From contig JBCBJQ010000006.1 of NCBI GenBank assembly GCA_038523235.1, forward strand, positions 1-64,000: a stretch of 64,000 nucleotides of DNA. The letters are read 5' to 3'. The notes below the pieces were generated by a model, which was given only the letters and a program-made list of their open reading frames with translations, was not told where the DNA came from and made no database searches. The position numbers and the translations under genes were made by a program. This DNA comes from Cyanobacteria bacterium J06626_4. GTDB taxonomy: Bacteria; Cyanobacteriota; Cyanobacteriia; Phormidesmidales; Phormidesmidaceae. Of this stretch, positions 19,390-30,369 are shown one piece after another. The first letter of the stretch is position 1. Each line of letters begins with the position of its first letter.

Positions 19390-21546
19390 TTAGCCTTTGA
19401 CGATCGCGCCAAACTCTGCCAGCACCCGCGCATGGTTGCGCAGCAGGCCCAGCAGATTTAATCGATTTTGCTGGATGGCGGCATCTTTGTCCATCACGAG
19501 GACGCTGTCGGGGCCGTCAAAAAAGCGGCTAACAATCGGGGCGGCGGCTTCGAGCCCTGACACCAGCTGACGATAGTCGCGATCGCGCTGGGCGGCCACG
19601 GTTTGCGGCAGCAGCGCCTGCAGAGCTGCCAAAAAGGCTCGTTCCGACGCTTGCTGAAACCGATTTGGGTCAACCACAGTGGTCGGATCTAGACTGCTGG
19701 CATCTAAGTCGCCCTGGGCCGCCAGTCGGGCCGCGCGGTTGACTGTTTCATAGATGCGGGCAAGGGTGCCATCTTGCCGCAGACTCTGCAAAAAGACCGC
19801 GCGATCGCGCGTATCCAGCAGGTCACTCAGCGCCCGCTGGGTATAGGCGGGGTCGTCGTCACCCACCACGGCATTCACCAAGTCATAGTCGATAGTTAAC
19901 TCGTCCTGCAACAGCGTTTGCACCCGCTGCTTAAAGAAGTCCTGCAGCTGCGATCGCAGCGGCTCTGCTTGCTCAACCGTCAAATCCGGATTTTGCACAA
20001 AGGCCGTCACCACCTGATCGAGCAGCTCGTGCAGATTGATCGCTAAATCCGCGTCCCAGGTGACGGCGATGATGGCATTCGCCGCCCGGCGCAGCGCAAA
20101 GGGATCGGACGACCCCGACGGCAGCATGCCCAGGCTAAAAATGCCCACCAGGGTATCTAGCCGGTCGGCCATGCCCAAGAGCTGACCTACCAGGGTTTGC
20201 GGCAGGCTGTCGCTAGCACCGCGCGGTCGATAATGTTCGGCAATCGCCACGGCAACAGCTTCGGGCTCACCACTGTGACGGGCATACTTTTCGCCCATGA
20301 TGCCCTGCAGTTCGGGAAATTCCCCCACCATTTGGGTGACGAGGTCAGCCTTGCAGAGCTGGGCGGCCCGCTGCAGCTCCTGTCGCACGGTGGCGTCTAG
20401 CGCCAATTGAGTCGCGATCAACTCAGCGATCGCCCCAATGCGCTCGACCTTGGCTCCCATAGAACCTAACCGTTCTTCAAAGGTAACGGCATCGAGCTTG
20501 GGCACAAAGGCCGCCAGCGGTTGGGCGCGATCGGCATCAAAAAAGAATTTGCCATCTGCCAGCCGAGCGCGAATGACGCGACCGTTACCTTCGGCAATCA
20601 GCGCCGACTTTTGCGGGTCGCCATTCGATACGGTGACAAAGTAGGGCAACAGTTCGGAGCTGGCGGCCCTGGCCAACACCGGAAAATACCGCTGATGGCT
20701 CTCCATTTCCATCATGGCGACTTCGGCGGGCAACTCTAAAAAAGCGGGCTCAAACTCACCCACTACTGCCGTCGGCCATTCCACTAAATTGGCCACTTCG
20801 CTCAGCAGGTCTTCGCTGACGTGGGCTTGGCCTTTGACCGACTGCGCCGCCTGCTCCACCGCTGACCGGATGTCGGCCTGCCGCTGTTGACCATCGACCT
20901 CGACAAAGGCCGATCGCAGCTGGGTGGCATAGTCTTGAGCGTGGTTGAGCGTAATGGGCGCCGGATGCAGGACGCGATGGCCCTGGGAAACGCGATCGCT
21001 GACGCACCGCTCGGAGCCGTTCTCTAGCGTTAGGGGAATCAGCTGATCATCCAGCAGCGTGACCAGCCAGCGAATCGGACGCGGGAATTTGAGGTCGCCG
21101 TCGCCCCAGCGCATAAACCGCTTGCCCTCTAGTCCCAAAATCCACTGGGGAATCCATTCCTGCAGCAGGTCAGTCGCCGCTCGACCCGGAATCTGATGCT
21201 GTACGTAGACGAAGGCACCTTTGTCAGTTTCGCGAATTTCGAGATCTTCTACCGCAACATTTTTCGAGCGGGCAAACCCCTCGGCGGCTTTCGTCGGCTG
21301 ACCGTCTTTGAAAGCCGCTTTCGCGGGGGGACCTTTGGCTTCTTCTTCGCGATCGGGCTGGCGGCTGGGCAAATCCGTCAGCAGCAGAGCCAATCGTCGG
21401 GGCGTGCCGTAGTAAGCGATCGCGCCCGGCGTCAAATGGGCTTCTGCCAGCTCGGTGGGAATGCGATCGCGCCACTGGGCGAGGGCTTCTTGCACAAAGC
21501 TGGCAGGGAGTTCCTCAGTGCCGACTTCTAATAAAAACGTTGCCAT
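19390..21546 (-). CDS. glyS: Glycine--tRNA ligase beta subunit
   Basis: [48 protein letters not shown]. Confidence 0.97.
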   Translation of the reverse strand: MATFLLEVGTEELPASFVQEALAQWRDRIPTELAEAHLTPGAIAYYGTPRRLALLLTDLPSRQPDREEEAKGPPAKAAFKDGQPTKAAEGFARSKNVAVEDLEIRETDKGAFVYVQHQIPGRAATDLLQEWIPQWILGLEGKRFMRWGDGDLKFPRPIRWLVTLLDDQLIPLTLENGSERCVSDRVSQGHRVLHPAPITLNHAQDYATQLRSAFVEVDGQQRQADIRSAVEQAAQSVKGQAHVSEDLLSEVANLVEWPTAVVGEFEPAFLELPAEVAMMEMESHQRYFPVLARAASSELLPYFVTVSNGDPQKSALIAEGNGRVIRARLADGKFFFDADRAQPLAAFVPKLDAVTFEERLGSMGAKVERIGAIAELIATQLALDATVRQELQRAAQLCKADLVTQMVGEFPELQGIMGEKYARHSGEPEAVAVAIAEHYRPRGASDSLPQTLVGQLLGMADRLDTLVGIFSLGMLPSGSSDPFALRRAANAIIAVTWDADLAINLHELLDQVVTAFVQNPDLTVEQAEPLRSQLQDFFKQRVQTLLQDELTIDYDLVNAVVGDDDPAYTQRALSDLLDTRDRAVFLQSLRQDGTLARIYETVNRAARLAAQGDLDASSLDPTTVVDPNRFQQASERAFLAALQALLPQTVAAQRDRDYRQLVSGLEAAAPIVSRFFDGPDSVLVMDKDAAIQQNRLNLLGLLRNHARVLAEFGAIVKG

Positions 21547-21867
21547 AACCTCGATGTCGTCTTCCTACAGTGGGGTATCTCTGGTCATTCAAGATGGGCG
21601 GGGGCGATCGCTCGCCCTCATTTAGCCTCTAAAGAGCGGAGTCAGCTGGCCCATAAGCACCGTTCAGCAGGGGGCAGCTTGACTGAGTTAGCCGCTCGTC
21701 GCCCGGTCTCAGACGCGCCGCGCCGATCGCTTTGCCAGCGGCGAAAAATCAGCCCCGGCAGAGAACTCACAGGCAATGCTCTCATCGCTCCTGAACCGGC
21801 TCAGACGATGTTCTCTGATGGGTCGCCAGACCTCAATCAGTGTATCGCGATGGCGGCGGGCTAACGC

Positions 21868-23070
21868 TTAAAGCCGGCCAACCAGATAGTAAGTTTTCAT
21901 CGGGCCTTTGCCTTTGACGGGGATCTCCGGGCCGGGCTGAAATTCAAAGCGATCGGACAGGCGGGCATAGGTCGTCTCGGTGACCTGAATCTTGCCGGGT
22001 TGGCCTTGCGATTCCATGCGGCTAGCCACGTTGACAGTGTCGCCCCACAGGTCATAGCTAAATTTTTTAATGCCAATCACGCCCGCGACGACACTGCCCG
22101 TATTAATGCCGATGCGGAGCCGCAGGGGGGTGCGATTATCAAGGCTAAACTCGCTGACCACCTCGTGCATCGCTAATGCCATATCGGCCACCGCCGCCGC
22201 ATGACCCGGTCGGGCAACGGGCACGCCGCCCACCACCATGTAGGCATCGCCGATAGTTTTGATTTTTTCCAAGTGATAGTGCTCGGCCAAGCGGTCAAAG
22301 GCAGAAAAGATTTGATTGAGTAAGTTCACCAACTCTAAGGGACTGTACTGCGCCGCCAGCGGGGTGAAGTTAACAATGTCGGCAAACAGCACCGTGGCAT
22401 CGTCAAAGCGCTCTGCCAACGACCCTTGAAACTGTTTGAGCTGCTCAACCACTGCTTCCGGCAAGATGTTGAGCAACAGCTTTTCAGATTTTTGCTGCTC
22501 TTGACGCAGCGCCAGTTCCGCCTCTTGGCGTTCATCAATTTCCTGCTGCAGGCGGTCATTCTGCTCTTTGAGCCGCAGGGTTTGCTGGTGCAGCGCTCGT
22601 TGCAGGTTGGCCAACAGCGGTGACGGGCTGTGATTGGCGATCATTTTTTGGGTGCGCGTTTGCAGCCGCTGCTGGGTTTCGCGACGGGCGACCTGCAGCT
22701 TAATGCGAGCCACCACCTCGGCGGGCCAATAGGGTTTGGGAATATAGTCAGCACCGCCAACCGCAAAGGCTTGCAGGCGATCGCCCTGAGCCTGCCCCTG
22801 CCCCCAAAATAAAACAGGAATGGATTGGGTTTCGAGCCCTTGCTGTAGCTGTTGACAAAAGTCGAAACTGCTCGCCCCCAGCAAGGAGGCTTCAAGCAAA
22901 ATCAGGTGCGGCAATCGCCAGGCCAGGCAGGCCCACGCCTCAGTCACCGACCCCACGGTATAAACCACCAGCCCTTCACGGGCCAACGCTTGCAGTAGCG
23001 CGGCCTGCTGATAGCCAGTGGGATCAACCACTAATATGTAAAACCCCGTATCGACTGCGGGAGGAGTCAT
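21868..23070 (-). CDS. Class III adenylate cyclase with N-terminal (pseudo)receiver domain and coiled coil
   Basis: VLFADIVNFT, EKIKTIGDAYM, YDLWGDTVNVASRMES; REC-like N-terminus; start uncertain (23070, 23103 or 23142). Confidence 0.9.
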   Translation of the reverse strand: MTPPAVDTGFYILVVDPTGYQQAALLQALAREGLVVYTVGSVTEAWACLAWRLPHLILLEASLLGASSFDFCQQLQQGLETQSIPVLFWGQGQAQGDRLQAFAVGGADYIPKPYWPAEVVARIKLQVARRETQQRLQTRTQKMIANHSPSPLLANLQRALHQQTLRLKEQNDRLQQEIDERQEAELALRQEQQKSEKLLLNILPEAVVEQLKQFQGSLAERFDDATVLFADIVNFTPLAAQYSPLELVNLLNQIFSAFDRLAEHYHLEKIKTIGDAYMVVGGVPVARPGHAAAVADMALAMHEVVSEFSLDNRTPLRLRIGINTGSVVAGVIGIKKFSYDLWGDTVNVASRMESQGQPGKIQVTETTYARLSDRFEFQPGPEIPVKGKGPMKTYYLVGRL

Positions 23071-23417
23071 CGGGCTGGTAGAGTGCCAACGCGCCCGCCC
23101 CATTGCTGAAACATCGTTGCACCTGGAATAAGTGGAATACACCGAGAATCCTTTATCTAAAACTCCTGCCCAATCTTTAACGATGGTGTGATTTGTCGAT
23201 GCCCCTAGCCCGATGGCGGTTGGCCTATTATGCCCATCGACTACGCCCAGTGGCGATCACTCACCGACGGCGGTCGCTCAGCGATCGCCGCAACAGGGGC
23301 CAACCGGTGACCCCACGGTCATCTCTACGAGTTCATTGCGGCCTTTTCCGGGAATGGCGCTGAACCGGGAACGTCGCCGCATAGCAGCGGCAGGAGCCAG
23401 AGCCGCCGCATGGTGGC

Positions 23418-24098
23418 CTATGGGCGATCGCGCAAAACCATTTCCGCCAGGCTGAGATCTTCGGGCGTGGTGATTTTGAGGTTGGTTTCTTCGCCCGGCA
23501 CGATTTTGACCGGCAGGCCGCATTTTTCAAACAGGGCGGCGTCATCGGTCACCGTCCATCCAGCGGCTTTGCCCTGGGCGTGAGCAGCTTTGAGCTTGGC
23601 GACGTGGAAGCCCTGCGGGGTTTGCGCCGCCCATAAACAACTGCGATCGGGGGTCTGTTGAATGAGGCCATCATCCCCCACGACCTTGATGGTGTCTTTG
23701 ACGGGCACCGCGGCAATCAGACCAGGGCAGGTTTGCAGCGCTTGAGAGCAGCGGTCAAACAGATCAGGCGTGGCTAAACACCGCGCGCCATCGTGAATCA
23801 AGACTTGCTCAGCCGCTTCTGGCAGTGCCTGCAACCCGTTATACACCGACGCTTGGCGGGTGCTACCACCGAGAATCAGTGTGACCGGTGTCTCCAGCGG
23901 GGTGACCTGCAAGATCTGGAGAATGTCGAAGCGATCGTCGGGTTGGCAAATGATGCCAATCCAAGCGATGGTTGAGCTGGCGTTGGCCGCCTGCAGCGTC
24001 CAGGCCAGCAGGGGTTGGCCATGCAGGGTCAGCAACAATTTGTTGCGATCGCTGCCCATGCGTCGCCCTACCCCAGCGGCAGGAATCAGCAAATGCAT
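23418..24098 (-). CDS. ispD: 2-C-methyl-D-erythritol 4-phosphate cytidylyltransferase
   Basis: [47 protein letters not shown]. Confidence 0.97.
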   Translation of the reverse strand: MHLLIPAAGVGRRMGSDRNKLLLTLHGQPLLAWTLQAANASSTIAWIGIICQPDDRFDILQILQVTPLETPVTLILGGSTRQASVYNGLQALPEAAEQVLIHDGARCLATPDLFDRCSQALQTCPGLIAAVPVKDTIKVVGDDGLIQQTPDRSCLWAAQTPQGFHVAKLKAAHAQGKAAGWTVTDDAALFEKCGLPVKIVPGEETNLKITTPEDLSLAEMVLRDRP

Positions 24099-24266
24099 GG
24101 TGGGCCTCCTCTCGGCAATTTTCCTTTTTCACCCTACCGCGAATTTTTGCCGTCCCAGTAGCGCCATCGATTCAACGGTGAATTATTAAGAGTTTTGTTG
24201 GCAACAACGCATTCTTACGGCCCGCGTTCCTCTAGAATGTGGAACGGACAAGCAGGACAGATAGCT

Positions 24267-25232
24267 ATGCAAGTACTGGCTCTCGTTCCGGGTGGAGTTA
24301 GCGATCAGCTTCTTTTTTTCCCGACGCTTGAGACGCTCAAGCAATCATTTCCGCAGGCCGAAATTTCGGTCGTCGTAGAGCCTACGGCAACGGCAGCTTA
24401 TCGAGTATCAAAGATCGTTGAAGCGACGATTCCGTATCCGTTTAGCAATAACAACAGTCCCGCTGACTGGGCTAACCTCTTGGGCATCGTGCGTGATCGC
24501 GAATACGAAGTCGTGATCACCGCGACTCAAGACTGGGCCACTGCGCTGATGCTCTGGCTTAGCGGCATTCCCACCCGCATTGGCTATCAGAGCAGCGCCA
24601 ACAATCGCTTTCTGACGGCAACCGTGCCCTGCAAGCCAGAACAGTACAAAGCTTTTCAATATCACGATCTGCTCGCCCCACTGGGAGACTCAGGGGCCTG
24701 TACGGATATCGCGATCAATGTGCCCCAAAGCGACATTGGCTGGGTCGACAACCAAATCCAGGCTCAGGGCCTGGGCGAGCAGGGCTATGTCTTGATGCAT
24801 CCCGGTGCCGATGAGGGCAATCCGAGCACTGCCTACCCCCCAGAAAGCTGGGTGGCCATCGTGCAAGACTTTCAAAAGCGTCAGCCGGGCTTGCCCCTCG
24901 TGATGCTGCAGCGGCCAGAAACCGCGAATGCCGTCAAAATCATCGCCCAGCAGGTGCCGAGCGTTAAGGTCGTGCGGCCTGACAACTTGGGGCAAACGGC
25001 GGCGCTGATCGCCGGGGCCAATCTCTTGCTCACAACGGATAGCGACGTCTCAGAGTTGGGGGTGGCCCTCAACGTGTTTACGCTGGTGCTCTTTGGGGCT
25101 AATCAGCCAGTCTATCGTCTGCCGCCGGTCGAGGGCTCCGAGCAACGGTTCCTTAGCGTCACCGCCTCCAGCCAAATGCTGGCCGATATTCCCGTTGAGA
25201 CTGTCCTCAAAAAAGTGTGGGGTGAAGCCTGA
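24267..25232 (+). CDS. Glycosyltransferase family 9 (heptosyltransferase-like)
   Basis: GGVSDQLLFFP, GIPTRIGY, LMHPG, TLVLFG; ATG 24267 preferred. Confidence 0.85.
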   Translation: MQVLALVPGGVSDQLLFFPTLETLKQSFPQAEISVVVEPTATAAYRVSKIVEATIPYPFSNNNSPADWANLLGIVRDREYEVVITATQDWATALMLWLSGIPTRIGYQSSANNRFLTATVPCKPEQYKAFQYHDLLAPLGDSGACTDIAINVPQSDIGWVDNQIQAQGLGEQGYVLMHPGADEGNPSTAYPPESWVAIVQDFQKRQPGLPLVMLQRPETANAVKIIAQQVPSVKVVRPDNLGQTAALIAGANLLLTTDSDVSELGVALNVFTLVLFGANQPVYRLPPVEGSEQRFLSVTASSQMLADIPVETVLKKVWGEA

Positions 25233-25287
25233 ATAGATCGCGCGATCGCCCCCTCAATATCACCGCCTGATTAAGGAGTCCAAACCC

Positions 25288-25794
25288 GTGGAGAAAATCA
25301 AAGGCCAAGCCAGTCGAGTTAGCGAGTTGGTGTTTGCCGCTGATACCGCAGCGACTTACCAAAGAGCCCTGGTGCTCACGCTAAACATCCTGCGAGAAAC
25401 TGCAGTGCTGCTGTGGTTAGCCATCTGCTTGGTTTTTGTCGGGGGCGAATGGTTTTGGAAAAATTCCATCAGCCTAGGACGCAAGGGCCGAGACTGGTAC
25501 AACGACTTGCAAGCCCCTAGCACCGAAGAGCCGAAATCAGCGACGGCGATCGGCCAGTCCGCCTTGACCGCGATCGGCTCCAGCACCGAAACGCTACTCT
25601 ACAAAGCGAAACAGCAGCTCGGTATCGATGCCGAGCCACCAGCCCCCAAGCCGGTTACACCGACCGTCACCGCCACACCTGAGCCCGCTGCCCCGGCACC
25701 CCCGCCAGCACCTCAAGCAATCGCTGCACCCCCCACGGCAGAGGCCCTGTCAACTGACAGCGAAGGTTTAGAAGATGACGACAGCGAACTCTAA
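25288..25794 (+). CDS. Hypothetical protein (one TM, Pro-rich and acidic C-terminus)
   Basis: AGGAG RBS upstream; 168-aa ORF. Confidence 0.75.
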   Translation: MEKIKGQASRVSELVFAADTAATYQRALVLTLNILRETAVLLWLAICLVFVGGEWFWKNSISLGRKGRDWYNDLQAPSTEEPKSATAIGQSALTAIGSSTETLLYKAKQQLGIDAEPPAPKPVTPTVTATPEPAAPAPPPAPQAIAAPPTAEALSTDSEGLEDDDSEL

Positions 25795-25876
25795 CTGCAA
25801 GCCAAGGCTGAGGACGGCTTGACCAACTAGCAAACGCCATTCATCGGAATCGCTTCAAGCATCGGCATTGGCCGCG

Positions 25877-25921
25877 ATTAACAGCACCCCTACCGTGAAT
25901 CACGGTGGGGGTGCTGTTAAT
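25877..25921. terminator. 21-bp hairpin (terminator or stabilising stem)
   Basis: attaacagcacccctaccgtg-aat-cacggtgggggtgctgttaat (one G-U pair). Confidence 0.65.
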
Positions 25922-26283
25922 AATGGACGCTATTCCTAGTATTTGAATAGCGATAGGAGCTTCAGAAACTGAGGTAGCCCCGTCCACCTCAAAATAGAGG
26001 TTACTGGAGCACAAGATACAGAGATATCGCGGCCCCATCGAAGAGACTACAGCAAGCCGCAGCGCTCAAACAGCAGACGGAGTGCATTACAAATAGCAGC
26101 ACCGCAGCGCGTCACAGGCCGACAATGAAGGACAACATCAAGCCTTGCAGCCGACAATACCGACCCCTTGCAAGTCGTACTCATAACGAGTATGATTTAA
26201 TCAATGAGGAATGTTGAACCGTTGTACTGTATTGATGTTCCCCTGAACGATTTCCACTTACAGCATGCCTAAGGAGGCAACTC

Positions 26284-26808
26284 ATGGTTGCAACCCCGAC
26301 TAAATCAACCGTTCGGTTTTACCCCACGCGCAACGACCTGCCTACCGATGTGCGAGAGCAGGTGGTCGCAATTTTGAATAAGAGCCTAGCAGCCACCTTG
26401 GACCTCAAAACGCAAACCAAGCAGGCTCACTGGAACGTCAAAGGCAAAGACTTTTATCAGCTACACGAGCTGTTTGATGAAATGTCCGGTGAAATGGAGG
26501 AATACGTTGATATGGTGGCCGAGCGAGTGACGGCACTCGGCGGTACGGCGCTTGGTACAGCTCGCATGGCTGCAGATGAGTCCATTCTGCCCGAGTATCC
26601 GGTTGATGCCATTGATGGCAATGAGCATGTCATGGCCCTAGCCGATCGCTATGCCGCCTATGCCAAGCATGTTCGTGAAGCCATTGATGCCACTGATGCT
26701 GCCGGTGATGCTGACACCGCTGATCTTTACACTGAGATCTCTCGCACCATTGATAAGCGTCTGTGGTTCTTAGAGTCACATTTAATCAGTCGTGACGATC
26801 TCGTCTAA
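26284..26808 (+). CDS. dps: DNA starvation/stationary phase protection protein Dps
   Basis: KQAHWNVKG, LHELFDE, DMVAERV, DTADLYTEISR, DKRLWFLESH; AGGAGG RBS. Confidence 0.97.
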   Translation: MVATPTKSTVRFYPTRNDLPTDVREQVVAILNKSLAATLDLKTQTKQAHWNVKGKDFYQLHELFDEMSGEMEEYVDMVAERVTALGGTALGTARMAADESILPEYPVDAIDGNEHVMALADRYAAYAKHVREAIDATDAAGDADTADLYTEISRTIDKRLWFLESHLISRDDLV

Positions 26809-26862
26809 AAACGACAGGCTTAAAGCTTCTCTGGTTTGAAGTTTCTGTCTTGTTTCAATAGG

Positions 26863-26910
26863 CTGCTGGCTTTGATTCGCTATCGAATTGCCGCCAGCAG
26901 TTTCTTTATT
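26863..26910 (+). terminator. Probable dps terminator
   Basis: ctgctggc...gccagcag stem followed by tttctttatt. Confidence 0.55.
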
Positions 26911-27465
26911 TTGGGCTATTCAAACGGGCAGAGGCAAAGTTCCCAAAATTCAGTCCACAGCCGAAAAGTATTTTCAACACTCTATATAATCGCCGCCCGT
27001 TTAAGATGTTTGGCGATTTCAGAGGAGCACCTAGTGCTGCCTAGCACCAATCTCCCCAACCGGGGGCGGTTCACCCTTGAATCTTAAATCGTTGATCTCG
27101 AACCCCAGTCATCGCAAACATATGGCGGATATATTGAGATCGCACTCTACCAGCGATAATCCAACACCGTCACCGCAGCTGCATCACAGCAATTGCATTG
27201 AGTATGAATAACGATTTTCTTAATGAATAATATATTGCCAGCCACTCGATCCCACCTTAAGCATCTCCTTGAAATCAGGGCTTTGAACCCAAAGTAGCGA
27301 TGCAGACAGCCAAGCTTGCATGACATTAACGGTTGTTGCTGGTTTCAAAAGACACAAATCTCTCAACTGAATAAATATTGAGAGATCGCTCTTATTGATA
27401 CCGAGAAACATTGCTTCGAGACCAGGCAACTGGTTCAGAGCGGTTAGATTTCACGAGAGACGAGC

Positions 27466-27660
27466 TTAATAGCTAGAGACCAGACTGATTAGCCCAGAGT
27501 CCATTGATTCCATGAGTAACTCTAAGGCTTCAGCATCAGTGTCAGGGAGATATCCTAAACGTGTCAACTCAGTGTTGATAGCGTTTTCTAGGTCAGGAGT
27601 GAGTCGGTGAATGGCGATCGCCTGACTCACCAGCGATCGGATACTACTAGAGGGCTTCAT
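27466..27660 (-). CDS. Small helical hypothetical protein (64 aa)
   Basis: IRSLVSQA...LT...E...EALELLM pattern resembles conserved cyanobacterial small proteins. Confidence 0.75.
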   Translation of the reverse strand: MKPSSSIRSLVSQAIAIHRLTPDLENAINTELTRLGYLPDTDAEALELLMESMDSGLISLVSSY

Positions 27661-27769
27661 AGTGCACGATAATCAGGGACAGTACTAGATTACTGATCGA
27701 TTATCGGTCATCTTCATCGATGTCTCTGTGATCCCATTAAATCTTCCTTGTGATTTCAGGCGAGAATGG

Positions 27770-27785
27770 CGTGATTTAAATCACA
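27770..27785. promoter_or_regulatory. CRP (SyCRP1)-like site CGTGA-N6-TCACA
   Basis: cgtga-tttaaa-tcaca, 9/10 match to TGTGA-N6-TCACA; extra TGTGA half-sites at 27727 and 27749. Confidence 0.6.
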
Positions 27786-27794
27786 ATTGCTTTT

Positions 27795-27808
27795 GTAGCT
27801 GAAAATAC
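27795..27808. promoter_or_regulatory. NtcA consensus box GTA-N8-TAC
   Basis: gta-gctgaaaa-tac in the divergent intergenic region. Confidence 0.45.
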
Positions 27809-27974
27809 CTTACGTAGAATCACTTAACTGAAACTTTATATAGGCCGGACTCGGTATCAAGATTGTGAAAACTAGGCCGATTTGGATGGGCGAAGTCGAG
27901 CAACTGCTTTAACTTCGGAACATCGGTTTACACGCCTTTATAAGCAAACGCAAGAGATTTGGAGTGTATCAGCT

Positions 27975-28295
27975 ATGCAAGGTATTCAATCAGCTTTGAC
28001 TGTGGTTCAGCCCAGCGGTGCTTGGAACGCAGCCAATGCCTACGACTTACAATCTCAACTTTCTGAATATATTTTTGCTGACACCTCTACCGGTCTCATG
28101 GTAGATATGAGCCGCGTTGAGTCGCTCGATAGCGCGGGCTTGGTTTCCTTGATTTCAGCACTGCGCACTGCTCGCAACCTCAGCAAGCGCTTTTGCCTCT
28201 GCTCCGTGCCGCCTTCCATTCGCATCGTTTTTGAGCTAACCCAGCTTGACCAGGTATTTGAGTTTGCGGATGAGCTATCCGTACAAGCCGCTTAA
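27975..28295 (+). CDS. STAS-domain protein (anti-sigma factor antagonist)
   Basis: VDMSRVESLDSAGLVSL, IVFELTQLDQVF; ATG 27975 preferred. Confidence 0.92.
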   Translation: MQGIQSALTVVQPSGAWNAANAYDLQSQLSEYIFADTSTGLMVDMSRVESLDSAGLVSLISALRTARNLSKRFCLCSVPPSIRIVFELTQLDQVFEFADELSVQAA

Positions 28296-28698
28296 GTCGC
28301 AGCGAAAACGCCTGCTCGTTGGTCTCGATGCATGACCGCAGCACTCACAGCACTCTAGGAGGCATCGTTTGTGGCTCCATCAATAGAAAACGATTTGGCT
28401 GACGGATAGCAACTCGCTGTCTGTCAGCCAAAATTCTTCTTTAAGCAATTTCTCTAAAAGGATAGCCTGACGCGGGGTGAAGCTCGGTGCCCGTAGCGCC
28501 ATGGCATGGTTGGGAAAGGAACCCTCAGCTTGACCGGCTCCAGCCAGCGCTCTCGCGATCGCAAACCACAGTTGGGTCAAGATATCCCAGATTGCTGAAG
28601 CAGTGATTTAACCGGTATCTCAATTCCGATCAGCATGCCAACTCCCGCGATATCTCGCGCAATCATCAGTGATCGACATCGTGAACTGACGCCCCAGT

Positions 28699-30045
28699 CT
28701 AGTTGTCTTGGCTGGGCGTGATTTGGAGCACGCCATAGGCTTGGGGTGAGAGATATGCCTGCGCAGCCGCTTGAATATCCGCTGGGGTAAACTGCTGCAC
28801 CCGGCTGGGATAATTGAGCGCATGGTGGAGCTGGCCCGTCAGCGTTTGATAGTAGCCATACAGACCAGCGCGATCGCTGGGGCTTTCGCTGCCAAAAACA
28901 TATCGGTTAGCAACCTGAGTTTGCACTCGCTGCAGTTCGCTGTCCGTGACCGGCTCCTCGCAGATTTGAGTGATCTGTTCAACAATGGCGGCTTCCACTG
29001 TGGCCAAGTTTTCGGGCGGTAACTGCGCCGAGATACTAAAGACACCCTGCTGCCAGTAAGACATATTGCTAGCAGAGATGCCGGTCACGAGCTGCTGATC
29101 TTCTCGCAAGTCGCGCACGAGGCGAGACATGCGGCCTCGGCCCAAAATAGATGACAAGACATCGAGAGCGTCGGTTTCTTCGACCTCAGCCAGCCCCGGC
29201 ACTCGCCAGTTGAATACGAGGCGCGCCTGCTGCAAAGCCGGATCAACATACGCTTGACGCTGCACGGTGGTGAACGGCGCTTCGGGGGCCGAGCGATAAA
29301 CGTTGGCATCACCGTAGCGCTGGGTACGGCTAGGCTGACGGGCCGCTAAGGCCTGGTCAAAGCTATCCGCAACGGTTTGGATCAAGGTTTCTGTCGGCAA
29401 ATTGCCGATCGCCACGGCGGTCATGCGCTCCGGCTGATACCAGTAGCGATGAAACGCCTGCATCTGTTCAGCAGTGAGCTGTTCGATCACGGCAGTAGGG
29501 CCTAACACGGGACGACGGTAAGGCAAGCGCTCAAAGGCCAACGCCATAGAACGGTAGAACGTGCGTCGCCGAGGATTATCTTGGGCGCGTAAAATTTCTT
29601 CGAGAATGACCGGGCGCTCTCGCTCAAATTCCGCCTCTGACAAGAGCGGATTCATCACCAACTCAATTTGTAGCGGGGCGAGGGCGGCAAAATCTTGGGG
29701 CGCAGTCGTAATAAAAAATTGGGTGTAGTCCTGACTGGTCGCGGCGTTAGTCACCCCACCCTGGGCCTCGATGCGGCGTTCAAACTCGCCCATAGGCAAC
29801 TGCGAGGTGCCCTTAAAAATCATGTGCTCTAAAAAGTGGGCCATGCCGTTGATGGCACCGGACTCGACGGCCGACCCGACCCGGAGCCAGAGGCTTAGGT
29901 TAACGACGTCGACGGGCATCTGCTGGGCAATGATGGTCAGCCCATTGCTGAGCCGCTTCACCGTGGGGGCCGTTAGGGCAGCCGGATAAGCATTAACGGC
30001 GATCGCTGGGGTCATGGTCGGCGGTTCCAGAGTCTTGGCCTTCAC
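28699..30045 (-). CDS. M16 family (pitrilysin-like) zinc peptidase
   Basis: GMAHFLEHMIFKGT (HxxEH), NAATSQDYT, ERPVILEE. Confidence 0.93.
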   Translation of the reverse strand: MKAKTLEPPTMTPAIAVNAYPAALTAPTVKRLSNGLTIIAQQMPVDVVNLSLWLRVGSAVESGAINGMAHFLEHMIFKGTSQLPMGEFERRIEAQGGVTNAATSQDYTQFFITTAPQDFAALAPLQIELVMNPLLSEAEFERERPVILEEILRAQDNPRRRTFYRSMALAFERLPYRRPVLGPTAVIEQLTAEQMQAFHRYWYQPERMTAVAIGNLPTETLIQTVADSFDQALAARQPSRTQRYGDANVYRSAPEAPFTTVQRQAYVDPALQQARLVFNWRVPGLAEVEETDALDVLSSILGRGRMSRLVRDLREDQQLVTGISASNMSYWQQGVFSISAQLPPENLATVEAAIVEQITQICEEPVTDSELQRVQTQVANRYVFGSESPSDRAGLYGYYQTLTGQLHHALNYPSRVQQFTPADIQAAAQAYLSPQAYGVLQITPSQDN

Positions 30046-30369
30046 TTATCTTAACGGGTGGGTGAGATAAACCCTGATGCTGCTCTAAGTTTTGATAAGG
30101 AATTGCCTCCAATTGTGAAAAATCAGGGCGATATTCTAGCCAAAATGTCCAATTAGCCGACGTCAGCTGAGAAAAATCCCGCAGAAGTAGACTTTTTCGA
30201 ATTTCAGTGGATTTTTTCAGCTAGTTCCTGCACTACTCGCCAGGCATGTGAATTAAACTGGGGCAGCTAGTGGCGCTTGTCTGTATAGCGCTGTGGCCAG
30301 CCGATTGATGATGTGGCTGTCGGTTACCCTTACCACTCATTTGGGCCACGCACGTCAGGGAGAATCTCC

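Noticed and set aside
26836..27429. Small ORFs 26836..27087(+) and 27220..27429(-)
   Set aside because: TTG starts, no RBS or motifs, and one overlaps the dps terminator; likely non-coding
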